Shown: positions 1 to 8,623 of the stretch, piece by piece | Layout of the letters: every line of letters starts with the position of its first letter | How positions within the stretch are numbered: position 1 is the stretch's first letter | From: a virus | Lineage: Duplodnaviria > Caudoviricetes | IMG/VR virus record: IMGVR_UViG_3300037461_000142 | Coordinates: 1-36,930 of that record | Length of the DNA: 36,930 nt | Direction: 5' to 3' (one strand) | Translations under genes and position numbers: made by a program | Notes under the pieces: model-generated | What the model was told of the DNA's origin: nothing | Database searches by the model: none | The model's input: only the letters and a program-made list of their open reading frames with translations

Positions 1-127
1 CATGATCTGCAGGATCTCGGCGCCCACCTTGTCCAGCGACGTGCCGTCCTGGATCCAGCCGGCGACGGCCCGCTCGTCGATCTGGTTGGCCTTGCCGAAT
101 GCCACGATGGCGTCGACACGCTGGCGC
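1..127. repeat. Terminal direct repeat, identical to 36804-36930 (circular assembly overlap)
   Basis: Exact 127-bp match, and the capsid reading frame runs through the junction. Confidence 0.97.
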
Positions 128-807
128 TCGGCCTCGCGCGCGCTGATGCGTTGCGTGAAGTCCTCGGTGACTTCGACTCGGGTCGCGGGGGCCGCAGCTT
201 GTCCCGCGGCGACTTGGTTCTCGGCCATCTTTGGCTCTCCAGTGGATGCCGCAGTCGCGGCGGGATTGGATGCGGCGCGCACGATGCGCACCGGCTTGTC
301 TGTGGCGTCGGCCTGGCGGCCGATGCCGACGCTGGCGTCGGCCGGCACGGTGACGATCGACACCTCGAGCGGCGTCCACCGCGTGGCGGTGTAGGTGCCC
401 TTCTTGGCCTCCTCGGTGATCTCGTCGATCTCGTACCCGATGGAGACGTTGCGCAACCCGCCGTCGACCATCGCCGCGATCTCGGCGGCTCGCTGGGTGG
501 CGAACAGCTGCGCGTCGACCCACAGCCGGCCATCGCGCACGCTGGCGGCGGTGACCATGCCGACGGGGTCGGACCAGTCGTGGTTGAACAGCAGGGGCGC
601 GGCGCCGGCGTCCAGGCGCTCGGTGCGGATCGCCCCGGGCGCATGACTCAGCACCTCGGTGCCGAAGAAGCGCTCGACCGGCGCTTCACTCGACGCCGGG
701 AACGACAGGGTCACGCGCTGGCCTTCGGCGCGGCGCACCTCGATCTGCGCGGCCGACAGGTCGCGCGCCAGGCGGCCGAGGCGCAGCTCGTCGCGGGTGT
801 CAGTCAT
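1..807 (-). CDS. 5' part of fused prohead protease / HK97-fold major capsid protein (continues at 36803 to 35700; 636 aa total)
   Basis: GGAGGAG RBS and ATG at 807 overlapping the portal stop. Translates MTDTRDELR...PLLFNHDWSDPVG...LRNVSIGY...EVSIVTVPAD (prohead protease motifs), in frame with the capsid ORF. Not in the ORF track because it runs off the window edge. Confidence 0.92.
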   Translation of the reverse strand, partial: MTDTRDELRLGRLARDLSAAQIEVRRAEGQRVTLSFPASSEAPVERFFGTEVLSHAPGAIRTERLDAGAAPLLFNHDWSDPVGMVTAASVRDGRLWVDAQLFATQRAAEIAAMVDGGLRNVSIGYEIDEITEEAKKGTYTATRWTPLEVSIVTVPADASVGIGRQADATDKPVRIVRAASNPAATAASTGEPKMAENQVAAGQAAAPATRVEVTEDFTQRISAREAERQRVDAIVAFGKANQIDERAVAGWIQDGTSLDKVGAEILQIM

Positions 808-2414
808 GCACTCCTCCGAATTGGCACCAGGCTGGCCGCTCGCGCGCGGTCTTGCGACGCATCGGCAACTGCGGTTTGATCGGTGTCATCGTCTCCGGCG
901 TCCGCGGCCGGCTCGGTGCCCTGGGTAGCCGCAGGCTCTTGGGCCTCCGGCACAGTGGTGTCGACCTCGATCTCGGCGTCGTCGAGCATGGCCAACTCGC
1001 GCTTGCGGGTGGCCAGCACGTCCTCGAAGTCCAGGCCGTTGGCGGTCTGCGCGATCACGTCGGTGAGCGTCGTCAGGCCCGCCTTGATCGCCTCCTTGTA
1101 CGCGGTCACTTCCTTCGTCGGGTCCACCCACGACCAGCCGCGCGGCTTGAAACGAACTGCCTGGTAGCGCAGCGTGTCGGTCGCGTAGGCGCCGATTGGG
1201 ATGGCCTGGATCGCACCCGCCAGCACGGCCTGCTGCAGCCACACGCGATGCAGCGGCTCGCGGAAGCTGCGGATCCACCACTGCTGCAGCGCGCGATAGC
1301 CGTCGCGGTCGTCGAGCAGGCTCAGGCGCGAGCTGCTGTAGTTGCTCTGGCTGTAGTCGCGGCTGAGCGATTCGTAGCTCGTGCCCACACCGGCCGCGAT
1401 CTCGCGCAACAGCGCGCGCACAAAGCCGTCGAAGGCGCTGTTCGGCCGATTGGGCGAGTGGAAAGCCAGCTTCTCGCCCGGGGCGAGCGCCTGGATCGTC
1501 AGCGCCTCGATGTCCATCAGCGGCTTGCCATCGGCCTCCCGATCCGTCGTTAGCGGATTCGGCGATCCGTCCTCCGGCGTCTCGATCGTGGCGAAGTAGG
1601 CTGCCGACGCTCGCGCGGCGGTTATCTCGTGCTGGCTGTACTGGTCGAGGTCGTCGATCTTGCGCACGACGGTGTGCATCCACGGCTCGCCCCGCGTCTG
1701 CGGCCAGCGTGTGGTGAGCTTGAGGTGGAAGACTTGCTCGGCCGGCACCCGCTCGACCTCGTCGCTGTAGTCCGACATCCTGGTGCGGATGTCGCCCTGG
1801 TGGAATCTCCGTATCCAGTACGCGACCGGCCGATGGAACCTGTCGACCTCGACGCCCATGCGCAGCTCGTTGCCCTGCTCGACGCCGAAGGTGTCGATGT
1901 CGGCGGCCAGGCGCTCGGGCTCGATCAGCTCGATTGCGAGCGGCACGCGCGATCCACCGAACGCGCGGAAGTGCAGGCGCAGCAGCACCTCGCCGGCCTC
2001 GAACACCTCGCCCATCGCAGCGCGCTCGAGGTCGCCGAAGTGCAGCGTGCCGCCGGTGTGGCAGGCGGCGGCGCGGCACCATGCGTCCCACGCGCGCTCG
2101 ATGTCGACATTGACTCGGTCGGCCTGCTCGCCGCGGGTGTTCTCCACCTGCGCCTGCAGTCCAACGCCGGAGCCGATGACGTTGTTGACGATCACCGCCT
2201 TGGCGCGCTTGGCGTAGGCGCTGTCGCGCACCATCTGCCGCGAGCGGCTGCGCAGCACCGCCAGGCTGCTGTTGAGCTCGGCGTCGGCGCTGGCGTTGCT
2301 GGCGCCGAAGTACCCCGTGGTCCTGGTCGATCTCGCGCCGCCGTACATGCGCACGCCGGCCCGAGTGGGCGGGCCGGCAATCAGGCGGGCGAGACGTTGC
2401 CTCCAGGTTGGCAT
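804..2414 (-). CDS. Portal protein, lambda family
   Basis: LRSRSRQMVRD, GTSYESLSRDYSQSNYSSSR and WVDPTKE motifs. Start reassigned to MPTWRQRL. Confidence 0.95.
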   Translation of the reverse strand: MPTWRQRLARLIAGPPTRAGVRMYGGARSTRTTGYFGASNASADAELNSSLAVLRSRSRQMVRDSAYAKRAKAVIVNNVIGSGVGLQAQVENTRGEQADRVNVDIERAWDAWCRAAACHTGGTLHFGDLERAAMGEVFEAGEVLLRLHFRAFGGSRVPLAIELIEPERLAADIDTFGVEQGNELRMGVEVDRFHRPVAYWIRRFHQGDIRTRMSDYSDEVERVPAEQVFHLKLTTRWPQTRGEPWMHTVVRKIDDLDQYSQHEITAARASAAYFATIETPEDGSPNPLTTDREADGKPLMDIEALTIQALAPGEKLAFHSPNRPNSAFDGFVRALLREIAAGVGTSYESLSRDYSQSNYSSSRLSLLDDRDGYRALQQWWIRSFREPLHRVWLQQAVLAGAIQAIPIGAYATDTLRYQAVRFKPRGWSWVDPTKEVTAYKEAIKAGLTTLTDVIAQTANGLDFEDVLATRKRELAMLDDAEIEVDTTVPEAQEPAATQGTEPAADAGDDDTDQTAVADASQDRARAASLVPIRRSA

Positions 2415-2439
2415 GCGCGCATGTTGGCGCGCATTGGTG

Positions 2440-2462
2440 GACAGGTTAAGGCCGAAGCTGTC
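2440..2462 (-). promoter_or_regulatory. Putative activator-dependent late promoter site, copy 1
   Basis: GACAGGTTAAGGCCGAAGCTGTC, 22/23 identical to 10485-10507, with a GACAG/CTGTC dyad, just upstream of the portal gene. Confidence 0.7.
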
Positions 2463-3009
2463 ACGCGCGGCCCATGCGCACGTAGACCTTGCGTGCGCTG
2501 GGCCGGCCAGCCGCCAGCGCGGCGGCCGAGCGCTCGCGCTCGACATCGGTGGCGAGCTTCGTTTCCAGCGCCAGCAGCTCCTCGACGCCGTAGCGCCGGA
2601 GCTCGCGCCCGTTGATGGTGTAGCTGAGCACGCCCGTCGATGTGGTGCCGCGGATCGTGGCGCGCACATTGTCGAGCGCGATCTCGGCGGCGGTGCGCGT
2701 GTCGACGCCCGCGCTCATGGTGGCCGGGTCGGGCCGCACCGTGAGCTGGCCGCGATCGGCCGGGTAGCGCTCGGCTCCCTGCTCGACGTAGTAGTGCCAG
2801 GAGTATTCGCCTGGAGTCCACGACGCCGTGTCGGCCGCAGCCTTCTGCACCAGGTAGTCGTCGCCGTCTGGCGTGGCCGTGATCGTGATCGGCGTACCGG
2901 TGCCGCGCGGCACGAGGCGCAGCTTCAGCGTCCAGCCGGCGCTGGCCGGGTAGTCTGCCAGGACGGCCCGGTAGTTGAGGGTGTCCCCCGCGACGATGGT
3001 GGATTGCAT
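2461..3009 (-). CDS. Head completion / head-tail joining protein (gpW-like C-terminus)
   Basis: C-terminal SYTINGRELRRYGVEELLALE, located directly upstream of the portal. Confidence 0.75.
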   Translation of the reverse strand: MQSTIVAGDTLNYRAVLADYPASAGWTLKLRLVPRGTGTPITITATPDGDDYLVQKAAADTASWTPGEYSWHYYVEQGAERYPADRGQLTVRPDPATMSAGVDTRTAAEIALDNVRATIRGTTSTGVLSYTINGRELRRYGVEELLALETKLATDVERERSAAALAAGRPSARKVYVRMGRA

Positions 3010-3027
3010 GGTTGTGTGCTCCCGCTG

Positions 3028-3822
3028 TCACATTGCGCTGATGATGGGACGCCGTCTGGATACGTCTCCTGCCGCTGGCTGCACACGCAAGATCACGTCA
3101 CGCTGCGCCGACGACCACAGCAACGCGACAGCGTCTGTTGGCGGCATCGACGGCGGCAGTCCGTCGGTAGACACCGCCTCGGCCACAGTAGCGGTCTCGA
3201 TGCGCACCGCAGCGATGGAAAGTAAGATGCCGAGCAGCTCGCCTAGTGAGCCGGACTCCGTGGCCTGGCCAATGCACTGGCGCGCCGCGCTGCTGGACTC
3301 ATTGACAGAAACGGACTGGGCAATCGATACATCGAAGATGGTTCCGACCAGTGCGTAATCGTCAGAGATCGTCGCCGACTCGGCGACGCTGCTGGCCCAT
3401 ACCGCTGTTGCGGTACCGACCTCGCCTACGTTTAGTGATTCGGCGGCTGCGTGGCCGAACGAGCCTGTCGAAGCGTAGCTTTCGGAGACGGTCGCCGCTT
3501 CGCTGCAGGAGACCAGCACGGCGCCGTCCGTGGAGGAGCTTTCGGAGACCGTCGCCGACTCGGCGACGGCGTGGCCAAACGAGCCTGTCGAAGACTGGAT
3601 GTGTGAGACCGTCGCCGACTCGGCCTGCGCGGCGCCTGCGGCGAGCGACGTGATCTGGCTGTGGGAGACCGTCCCCGTCTCCGCGACGCCGTGCGCGAAT
3701 GTGCCAACAGCAACCTGGCTGTCGGCAACGGTCGCTGACTCCGATTGCGCGACATCAATAGCAGCCGCAGCCGCCGCAGCAGGCGGCGCAAACGGATACG
3801 GTAGCTGAAGAGGCAGCATCAC
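3028..3822 (-). CDS. Putative virion fibre protein with about 10 imperfect 20-aa repeats
   Basis: AESATVS-type motif every 20 aa, visible in the DNA as a 60-bp period. Confidence 0.6.
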   Translation of the reverse strand: MMLPLQLPYPFAPPAAAAAAAIDVAQSESATVADSQVAVGTFAHGVAETGTVSHSQITSLAAGAAQAESATVSHIQSSTGSFGHAVAESATVSESSSTDGAVLVSCSEAATVSESYASTGSFGHAAAESLNVGEVGTATAVWASSVAESATISDDYALVGTIFDVSIAQSVSVNESSSAARQCIGQATESGSLGELLGILLSIAAVRIETATVAEAVSTDGLPPSMPPTDAVALLWSSAQRDVILRVQPAAGDVSRRRPIISAM

Positions 3823-3832
3823 TCAGTCAGGC

Positions 3833-4039
3833 TCAGAAGAACCGCAGCGTCCGGCGCACGATGCGCACCAAGTCCTTGGTCCACCCGAATCGCGTCGCAT
3901 TGGTCGCTGCGTCCCATCCGTCGAGGATCGTCTGCAGGTCGGCGCGGTACTGGCGGATCTGCTGCCGCTCCTCGCGGTCGGCCTGCCGCTCCGCTTTGAT
4001 TGCCTGCGAACGCCGATCTGGTGAGTTGCTTCTGCTCAT
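3833..4039 (-). CDS. Hypothetical protein (68 aa)
   Basis: ATGA overlap with the upstream gene; MSRSNSPDRR...RTLRFF. Confidence 0.6.
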   Translation of the reverse strand: MSRSNSPDRRSQAIKAERQADREERQQIRQYRADLQTILDGWDAATNATRFGWTKDLVRIVRRTLRFF

Positions 4040-4434
4040 GTCAGCACAGGCCACGCAACAGTGACCGCCTCCACTTGTTCGACCGTCGTCGCCGCGTTGA
4101 TCAAGTCGCGGGCGGTATTGCTCGCGTCGATCGTTGCCTCGACGCCGGCCGCATGATTCGCCTGCGCCGTCGTGCCGTACAGGCCCGCTGCGCGGCTCAC
4201 CTGCTCCAGCGCGTCGCCGTACTGTGCAACGAGGAGCCTGCGGCACTCCTGGCGGTCGGCTTCGATGCGCATCGCCTTCGTGGCAGGCAGGCGAGCAGCT
4301 TCGATCTGCTCGGGGGTAGGCTGGGGCTGCGTGGATCGCCACGAGTCAATCGACTGTGCGCCCGCAATTTCGCCCACCGTAAAGTCAATCAGCGGCCGAA
4401 AGCCCAAGTATTGCAGCACCATTAAAACATTCAT
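4036..4434 (-). CDS. XkdW-like fibre assembly chaperone
   Basis: IDFTV...IDSW...PQPTPEQIEAA and C-terminal INAATTVEQVEAVTVAWP; directly follows the fibre gene. Confidence 0.65.
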   Translation of the reverse strand: MNVLMVLQYLGFRPLIDFTVGEIAGAQSIDSWRSTQPQPTPEQIEAARLPATKAMRIEADRQECRRLLVAQYGDALEQVSRAAGLYGTTAQANHAAGVEATIDASNTARDLINAATTVEQVEAVTVAWPVLT

Positions 4435-5483
4435 GTTCTCAACGCCTCCAGTACCGATAGAAACGCGACCGACACGTTAGCCGTGTATTCCATCGTCACG
4501 TTCCCGCCACCGACCTTATACCCATAAGATCGAAGTGTCAGCGCATCATCGGCAGATAGCGCCGATGGCAGGCTGTTTCCACCGCCGCCAGCGCCGCCGC
4601 TATCTGCACCGCCGCGGAACACTCTGCGGAACTCAGAGGAGCCTAGATAAACGCTGTGTATGATCGTTGCGGTAGCGTCTACTACGGTAAGAGTACCTCC
4701 GGCCATGATGCTGTAATGGCCCGTGCGCCTGATCGTTAGCGTGCTTGATCCCGTGGCTAGATTGGCATTGTCCCGCGCTGTCGTGCCGAGCGTGACCTTA
4801 ACAAAGGTACTGGCGGTCAAAGCTTCACTACTAGCCGCTTCAATTCTTGCGTAACACGGAATCCGACCGTCTATCTCCACGCGCCAAGCAGAATTCGCAA
4901 CCGTGCAAACGAATGTCAAGGTTTCGTTTTCAATGAACAGCCGCGACCACTCCGTCCCGCCAGACACGCCGTTGAGCGTGTCACCACTTGCCGCAGTGAA
5001 CAGCACCTCATAGGACGCGCTGCCCACTGTCACGATGACTTGGATTCGGTCGCCAACGGCGCAGGTCGCCGGCAGTGTGTAGGTCCGATCTGCCGTGAAC
5101 GCTGACAGGTCAATCAGATACCGCTTGCCGATCGCCATCGTTGTAGCGGCGTCGGGGCCGGCGATACTATCAAGCGCAAGCTGCTGTACCGTGCTGGCAC
5201 TCGCCGCTACCCGCACCACCGCCGCACTCGTCAGCGACAGCGCAGAACCCGTGCTGCTAGCCTCCAGCGTGCCGCGGGTAACGGTAGTGCCGCTGTTCGT
5301 GTAAGTGCAATCCCGCGCAACCTCCCACGCATTGCCGTCGGTGATGAACAAGTCGACCGTGGCATTGCCGGCGTAAGCCGATGCGAACGACTGCGCCCCC
5401 GTGACGGCGGCATTGAGCGTGATCGTGCCAGTGCCGGGCGTGCCCGACACGGTCATCGCTACGTTGTTGCGATATGTGCTCAT
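4431..5483 (-). CDS. Virion fibre / receptor-binding protein with C1q-like C-terminus
   Basis: N-terminal GTGTITL...WEV anchor, a TYTLPA...GDRI fibre repeat, and a beta-rich C-terminus (TIRRTGHYSI) with visibly lower GC. Confidence 0.7.
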   Translation of the reverse strand: MSTYRNNVAMTVSGTPGTGTITLNAAVTGAQSFASAYAGNATVDLFITDGNAWEVARDCTYTNSGTTVTRGTLEASSTGSALSLTSAAVVRVAASASTVQQLALDSIAGPDAATTMAIGKRYLIDLSAFTADRTYTLPATCAVGDRIQVIVTVGSASYEVLFTAASGDTLNGVSGGTEWSRLFIENETLTFVCTVANSAWRVEIDGRIPCYARIEAASSEALTASTFVKVTLGTTARDNANLATGSSTLTIRRTGHYSIMAGGTLTVVDATATIIHSVYLGSSEFRRVFRGGADSGGAGGGGNSLPSALSADDALTLRSYGYKVGGGNVTMEYTANVSVAFLSVLEALRT

Positions 5484-5791
5484 TTGTCCTCGTCATGCAT
5501 CAATACTGACCACCAGCTCGCGGTGTACTGACGCGGTGGCTCGCAGTGCGGGATTGGATCAGTGGGCGCCACGTGAGCCCGTTCGCGGAGATAGACGCGC
5601 GCAGCAAGCACAGCGCACGACACCTTGAGGTACGGATCGCGGATGTCGTGGCGCCGCCAGAGCGCCACGAGCATCTCATCCTTGATGTCCTGCTCATCGG
5701 CTCCCTCAAGATCCCCGGCCGTACGCAGGTCTTCGAGCGCGCACTTGATAGCCTCGGCGTCGGCCAGGTCGACCTTGATGCCTGAGCACAC
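5480..5791 (-). CDS. Hypothetical protein
   Basis: Fills the operon gap; its stop overlaps the next ATG. Confidence 0.55.
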   Translation of the reverse strand: MCSGIKVDLADAEAIKCALEDLRTAGDLEGADEQDIKDEMLVALWRRHDIRDPYLKVSCAVLAARVYLRERAHVAPTDPIPHCEPPRQYTASWWSVLMHDEDK

Positions 5792-5800
5792 CTCATGCCT

Positions 5801-6109
5801 TTACGGCTCCGGCGGCGCGTCGGGCACGATGTCGTCGACTCCCTGCACGACAGCCTTCAGCCCGTCGAACGCGGCGAGCACGCCAGGGTCGACCTCATCG
5901 GCCTCATCGATCGCGGCCTGAAGCTCGACGAGCTTGTCGAGGATCTCGCCCTTGGCCTTCTCGGCCTGGGCGGTCAGGGTTTCGATCTGCGATTGCAGTT
6001 CCGCTTGCGTAGTCATGATTGAATCCAGCCTTTCCAACAGTTTCGCCTGGAAACCGCCAGGCACGGTAGGGGTAACGTGGTGGAATACATCGATAGCGAA
6101 GAACGCCAT
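5801..6109 (-). CDS. Hypothetical coiled-coil protein
   Basis: Acidic heptad pattern, tightly packed with neighbours. Confidence 0.7.
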   Translation of the reverse strand: MAFFAIDVFHHVTPTVPGGFQAKLLERLDSIMTTQAELQSQIETLTAQAEKAKGEILDKLVELQAAIDEADEVDPGVLAAFDGLKAVVQGVDDIVPDAPPEP

Positions 6110-6110
6110 C

Positions 6111-6692
6111 TCACAAGCTCAGCGTGTAAGTGACGTTGATCACGTCGGTGCTGACCACCGTGCGGCTGCCGCCGCTGAAGTCTCCGGCCGAGAACAGCGT
6201 GCCGGTGGTGTTGTCCTGCGCCGTCGTGCCGCCGATGACGAGGAAGCACCCGGCGACCGTGCCGCCGCTCGTGAACGTGAACGATGCCGCCGCGCTGGTA
6301 GCCTTGCTGCGGTTGCCGGCGCCGCTGCTGCCGGCCGCCGCCGACCATGACGGCGTCTTGCGCGTGCTGCTGTAGGCCGGGGCATTGGTCCCGCCGACCT
6401 CTGACCAGGTGGCGTGAGACGACATGGTGTCGCCGACGGCGGCGGTGCCTGTGCCCTTGAGGCCCATGTACACCGCGCCTGCAGCCGTGTTGTCCAGGGC
6501 TGCGTTCAGCATCGCGCGGGCGCCCACGTCGGTCACGAGGTTGTCGATCGTGTCTTCCCAGCGCAGGTCGCCGTCCTTGTCGCGGCACTCGACGCGGTAC
6601 GTGCCAGCGAGCGCCTGGATGGCGTCACGGATGCGGCCGCCCATGATCATGCTGGCGCCAGTGGAGTCTGCGGTGTTAACTTGTTCGTCCAT
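6111..6692 (-). CDS. Putative virion structural protein
   Basis: YRVECRDKDG...WED.IDNLVT.VG and C-terminal DVINVTYTLSL beta-strands; G/S/T/A rich. Confidence 0.7.
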   Translation of the reverse strand: MDEQVNTADSTGASMIMGGRIRDAIQALAGTYRVECRDKDGDLRWEDTIDNLVTDVGARAMLNAALDNTAAGAVYMGLKGTGTAAVGDTMSSHATWSEVGGTNAPAYSSTRKTPSWSAAAGSSGAGNRSKATSAAASFTFTSGGTVAGCFLVIGGTTAQDNTTGTLFSAGDFSGGSRTVVSTDVINVTYTLSL

Positions 6693-6719
6693 TTCTGTTT
6701 CCTTTCGTTGATAACGTTT

Positions 6720-6872
6720 TCATCGCTTCTGCGGCGCGCAGAAGAACCAGCACGAAGCAGGCTGCACAGCCCGCTCGAACTTGCCGCCATTCGGTACCGA
6801 GGCGCCAGAATCGATTGCAACAAACATCGCAACTGCGCCGATAGCCATTGCGATTACAAAACGTCCAGTCAC
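6720..6872 (-). CDS. Small protein with N-terminal hydrophobic/signal segment (50 aa)
   Basis: GTGA overlap with the upstream stop; MTGRFVIAMAIGAVAMFVAIDSGAS...SCWFFCAPQKR. Confidence 0.5.
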   Translation of the reverse strand: MTGRFVIAMAIGAVAMFVAIDSGASVPNGGKFERAVQPASCWFFCAPQKR

Positions 6873-7321
6873 GTCAAGTCTCCAGGTTGAGTAGTTCCAG
6901 TCTTGAGCTTCAGCCGGCGCTCGGCGATCGCCAATGCCAGCGTAAGCAGTCGCGCCGCAGAAAAGCCGCCAAACACAAGATAGGCCGCGAGTTCCGCGGC
7001 GCCGATGCCATGCGTCCAGCCAGCGTAGTAGCCGATGACGCCGACACACGCCGCGGCAGCTCCGTCCTTCAGGAATTCCAGGCGGACATGGAATTCGGCT
7101 TCGCCAGCCTTGCTTGCAGCGTAGCGCATGAGGCTCGATGTCAAGCCGCCACCAAGCGCGATGGCGACGCCGAGAGCCGCCTGCGCCCATGGCAACGCAA
7201 TCAGGTCCGGTGCGGCATCGCGTGCCGCCTCGATCGCAGCCCAGGCCAGCGACCAGTGCGCAGCAAGCCAACAGACCACGATCAAGCGCAGCCGGCGACG
7301 GGTTGCAAGGCGCGGGCTCAC
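6869..7321 (-). CDS. Membrane protein, putative holin
   Basis: Three to four hydrophobic segments and a basic C-terminal tail. Confidence 0.55.
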   Translation of the reverse strand: MSPRLATRRRLRLIVVCWLAAHWSLAWAAIEAARDAAPDLIALPWAQAALGVAIALGGGLTSSLMRYAASKAGEAEFHVRLEFLKDGAAAACVGVIGYYAGWTHGIGAAELAAYLVFGGFSAARLLTLALAIAERRLKLKTGTTQPGDLT

Positions 7322-7776
7322 GCATGGCCTTTCGACGCGAGATCCTCGCGCGCAATCGCGCCGGCCTCTGCCATCGCGAACAAGCTCACGAGCACGTAGT
7401 ACGTGCCGACCTGCACGACAAGCGACTGCTCACCAGCCGCCACGAACGCGCGCACGCCTGACGCGAGGCCGATCGATGCGTAGAGCGCGACGCATATCTG
7501 GTGCCTCCAGTGCATCGGGATGGACGGCAGCAGCAGCCGTCCGCCCAGGTCGTGCACGATCACGTCGAGCCAGCCGATCAAGCAGAGCGCCAGGACGAGC
7601 AGGTTCATCGCGTCCAACAGCCCGCTGTTGCCAGCGGCTCGAGCCGCGAGGCTGGTCGCGCTCCAGAGCTGCAGCGCCGCCGTCCAGGTCGAGACCGTGA
7701 GCAGCAGCCCACGCGCGACGAGCGCGTGCAGGTTGACACCCGAACGGATTCGCGCACCGACGAAGTAGCGGACCAC
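7318..7776 (-). CDS. Membrane protein (about 4 TM)
   Basis: Four hydrophobic stretches; ATGA-coupled to the next gene. Confidence 0.65.
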   Translation of the reverse strand: MVRYFVGARIRSGVNLHALVARGLLLTVSTWTAALQLWSATSLAARAAGNSGLLDAMNLLVLALCLIGWLDVIVHDLGGRLLLPSIPMHWRHQICVALYASIGLASGVRAFVAAGEQSLVVQVGTYYVLVSLFAMAEAGAIAREDLASKGHA

Positions 7777-7780
7777 GCGG

Positions 7781-7936
7781 CTACTCCATGCCGAGCTGGC
7801 GCGACGGGATCGACAGCACCGCCAGCACCAGCGCCGGCCACGCGAGCAGCAGCGCCGCCTCGTTGCTCAGCACGGCCCACGCGCCGACCGCCAGCGCGGC
7901 GAAGTGGACGGCGATCCAGAGCAGCATCGTGCGCAT
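7781..7936 (-). CDS. Small 2-TM membrane protein (51 aa)
   Basis: MRTMLLWIAVHFAALAVGAWAVLSNEAALLLAWPALVLAVLSIPSRQLGME; fills the gap between neighbours. Confidence 0.55.
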   Translation of the reverse strand: MRTMLLWIAVHFAALAVGAWAVLSNEAALLLAWPALVLAVLSIPSRQLGME

Positions 7937-7937
7937 G

Positions 7938-8207
7938 TCAGGCCCCGCTCAGAAACTGACGCATGGTGTGCCCCTTGTCAGCGCCGCGCCACGGCACCGC
8001 GTCGCGCCAGCGCTCCGTCGTGCGCCACCGGGCGACGCGCTCAGAACACTCGGCCAACTCGACATCGCCAGCCGCCTGCAGCGACATGAGTACGTCGTCG
8101 ATGTTGTTGCGCCCGTATCCTGTCAGCAGGTCGATGTCCGCGGCCGAGATCGGCTCACGCGCAAACAGCACGCAGCGGATGATGGTGGCGATCTCGGAGG
8201 TCAGCAT
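7938..8207 (-). CDS. Putative winged-helix protein
   Basis: PISAADIDLLTGYGRNNIDDVLMSLQAAGDVE resembles a wHTH pattern. Confidence 0.55.
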   Translation of the reverse strand: MLTSEIATIIRCVLFAREPISAADIDLLTGYGRNNIDDVLMSLQAAGDVELAECSERVARWRTTERWRDAVPWRGADKGHTMRQFLSGA

Positions 8208-8410
8208 GGCCCGATACCAGCCCAGATGTCGGCGGCGTGCTGCTGCGCCTTGCTCGGCGCGCCTCCAGAATCGATCTGCTGCTCCGCAGACAGTCGATCA
8301 AGCTCGGCCGCAGCCTCGCGCAGCAGGAGCGCGGTGGCTCGATCCCGCTGATGCGGGGCCAGCATCGCCAAGTGGAGGGCAATGCGCTTGCGCAGTGGCG
8401 TATCGCTCAT
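8201..8410 (-). CDS. Hypothetical protein
   Basis: ATGA-coupled to the upstream gene. Confidence 0.55.
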   Translation of the reverse strand: MSDTPLRKRIALHLAMLAPHQRDRATALLLREAAAELDRLSAEQQIDSGGAPSKAQQHAADIWAGIGPC

Positions 8411-8622
8411 CGGCCAGCTTCAAGAATGCGGATGTCGGTGACGACAGCGAACGGTGACGATGCAGCAGCGGCCATCGTGAACGGCAAGCGTTCAGCGAAC
8501 TCGCCCTTCTTGCCGGTGTTGAACGAGGCCACGGGACGGTGGTAGCCCATCACGCGCGTCCACACCTCGACGCGCTGCCGCTCGTCGTCGGTCAAGGTAA
8601 CTTCTTCGGGCTTCGTGCTCAT
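8407..8622 (-). CDS. Stand-alone C-terminal glycyl-radical domain of class III (anaerobic) ribonucleotide reductase, NrdD-like (71 aa)
   Basis: EVWTRVMGYHRPVASFNTGKKGEFAER matches the NrdD RVxGY motif and downstream FNxGKxxE. GAGG RBS before the ATG at 8622. Confidence 0.85.
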   Translation of the reverse strand: MSTKPEEVTLTDDERQRVEVWTRVMGYHRPVASFNTGKKGEFAERLPFTMAAAASSPFAVVTDIRILEAGR

Positions 8623-8623
8623 G

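Noticed and set aside
1-127. Biological terminal repeat
   Set aside because: 127 bp equals a common assembler k-mer length and falls mid-capsid gene, so it is a circular assembly overlap.
2440-2448. GACAGGTTA resemblance to sequence next to lambda cosN
   Set aside because: It occurs twice within a promoter-like dyad and has no cosQ or cosN context, so the match is probably coincidental.
3160-3760. CRISPR array or DGR repeat suggested by the 60-bp periodicity
   Set aside because: The repeats are degenerate, in frame and protein-coding. There are no constant repeats with unique spacers and no reverse transcriptase in the genome.
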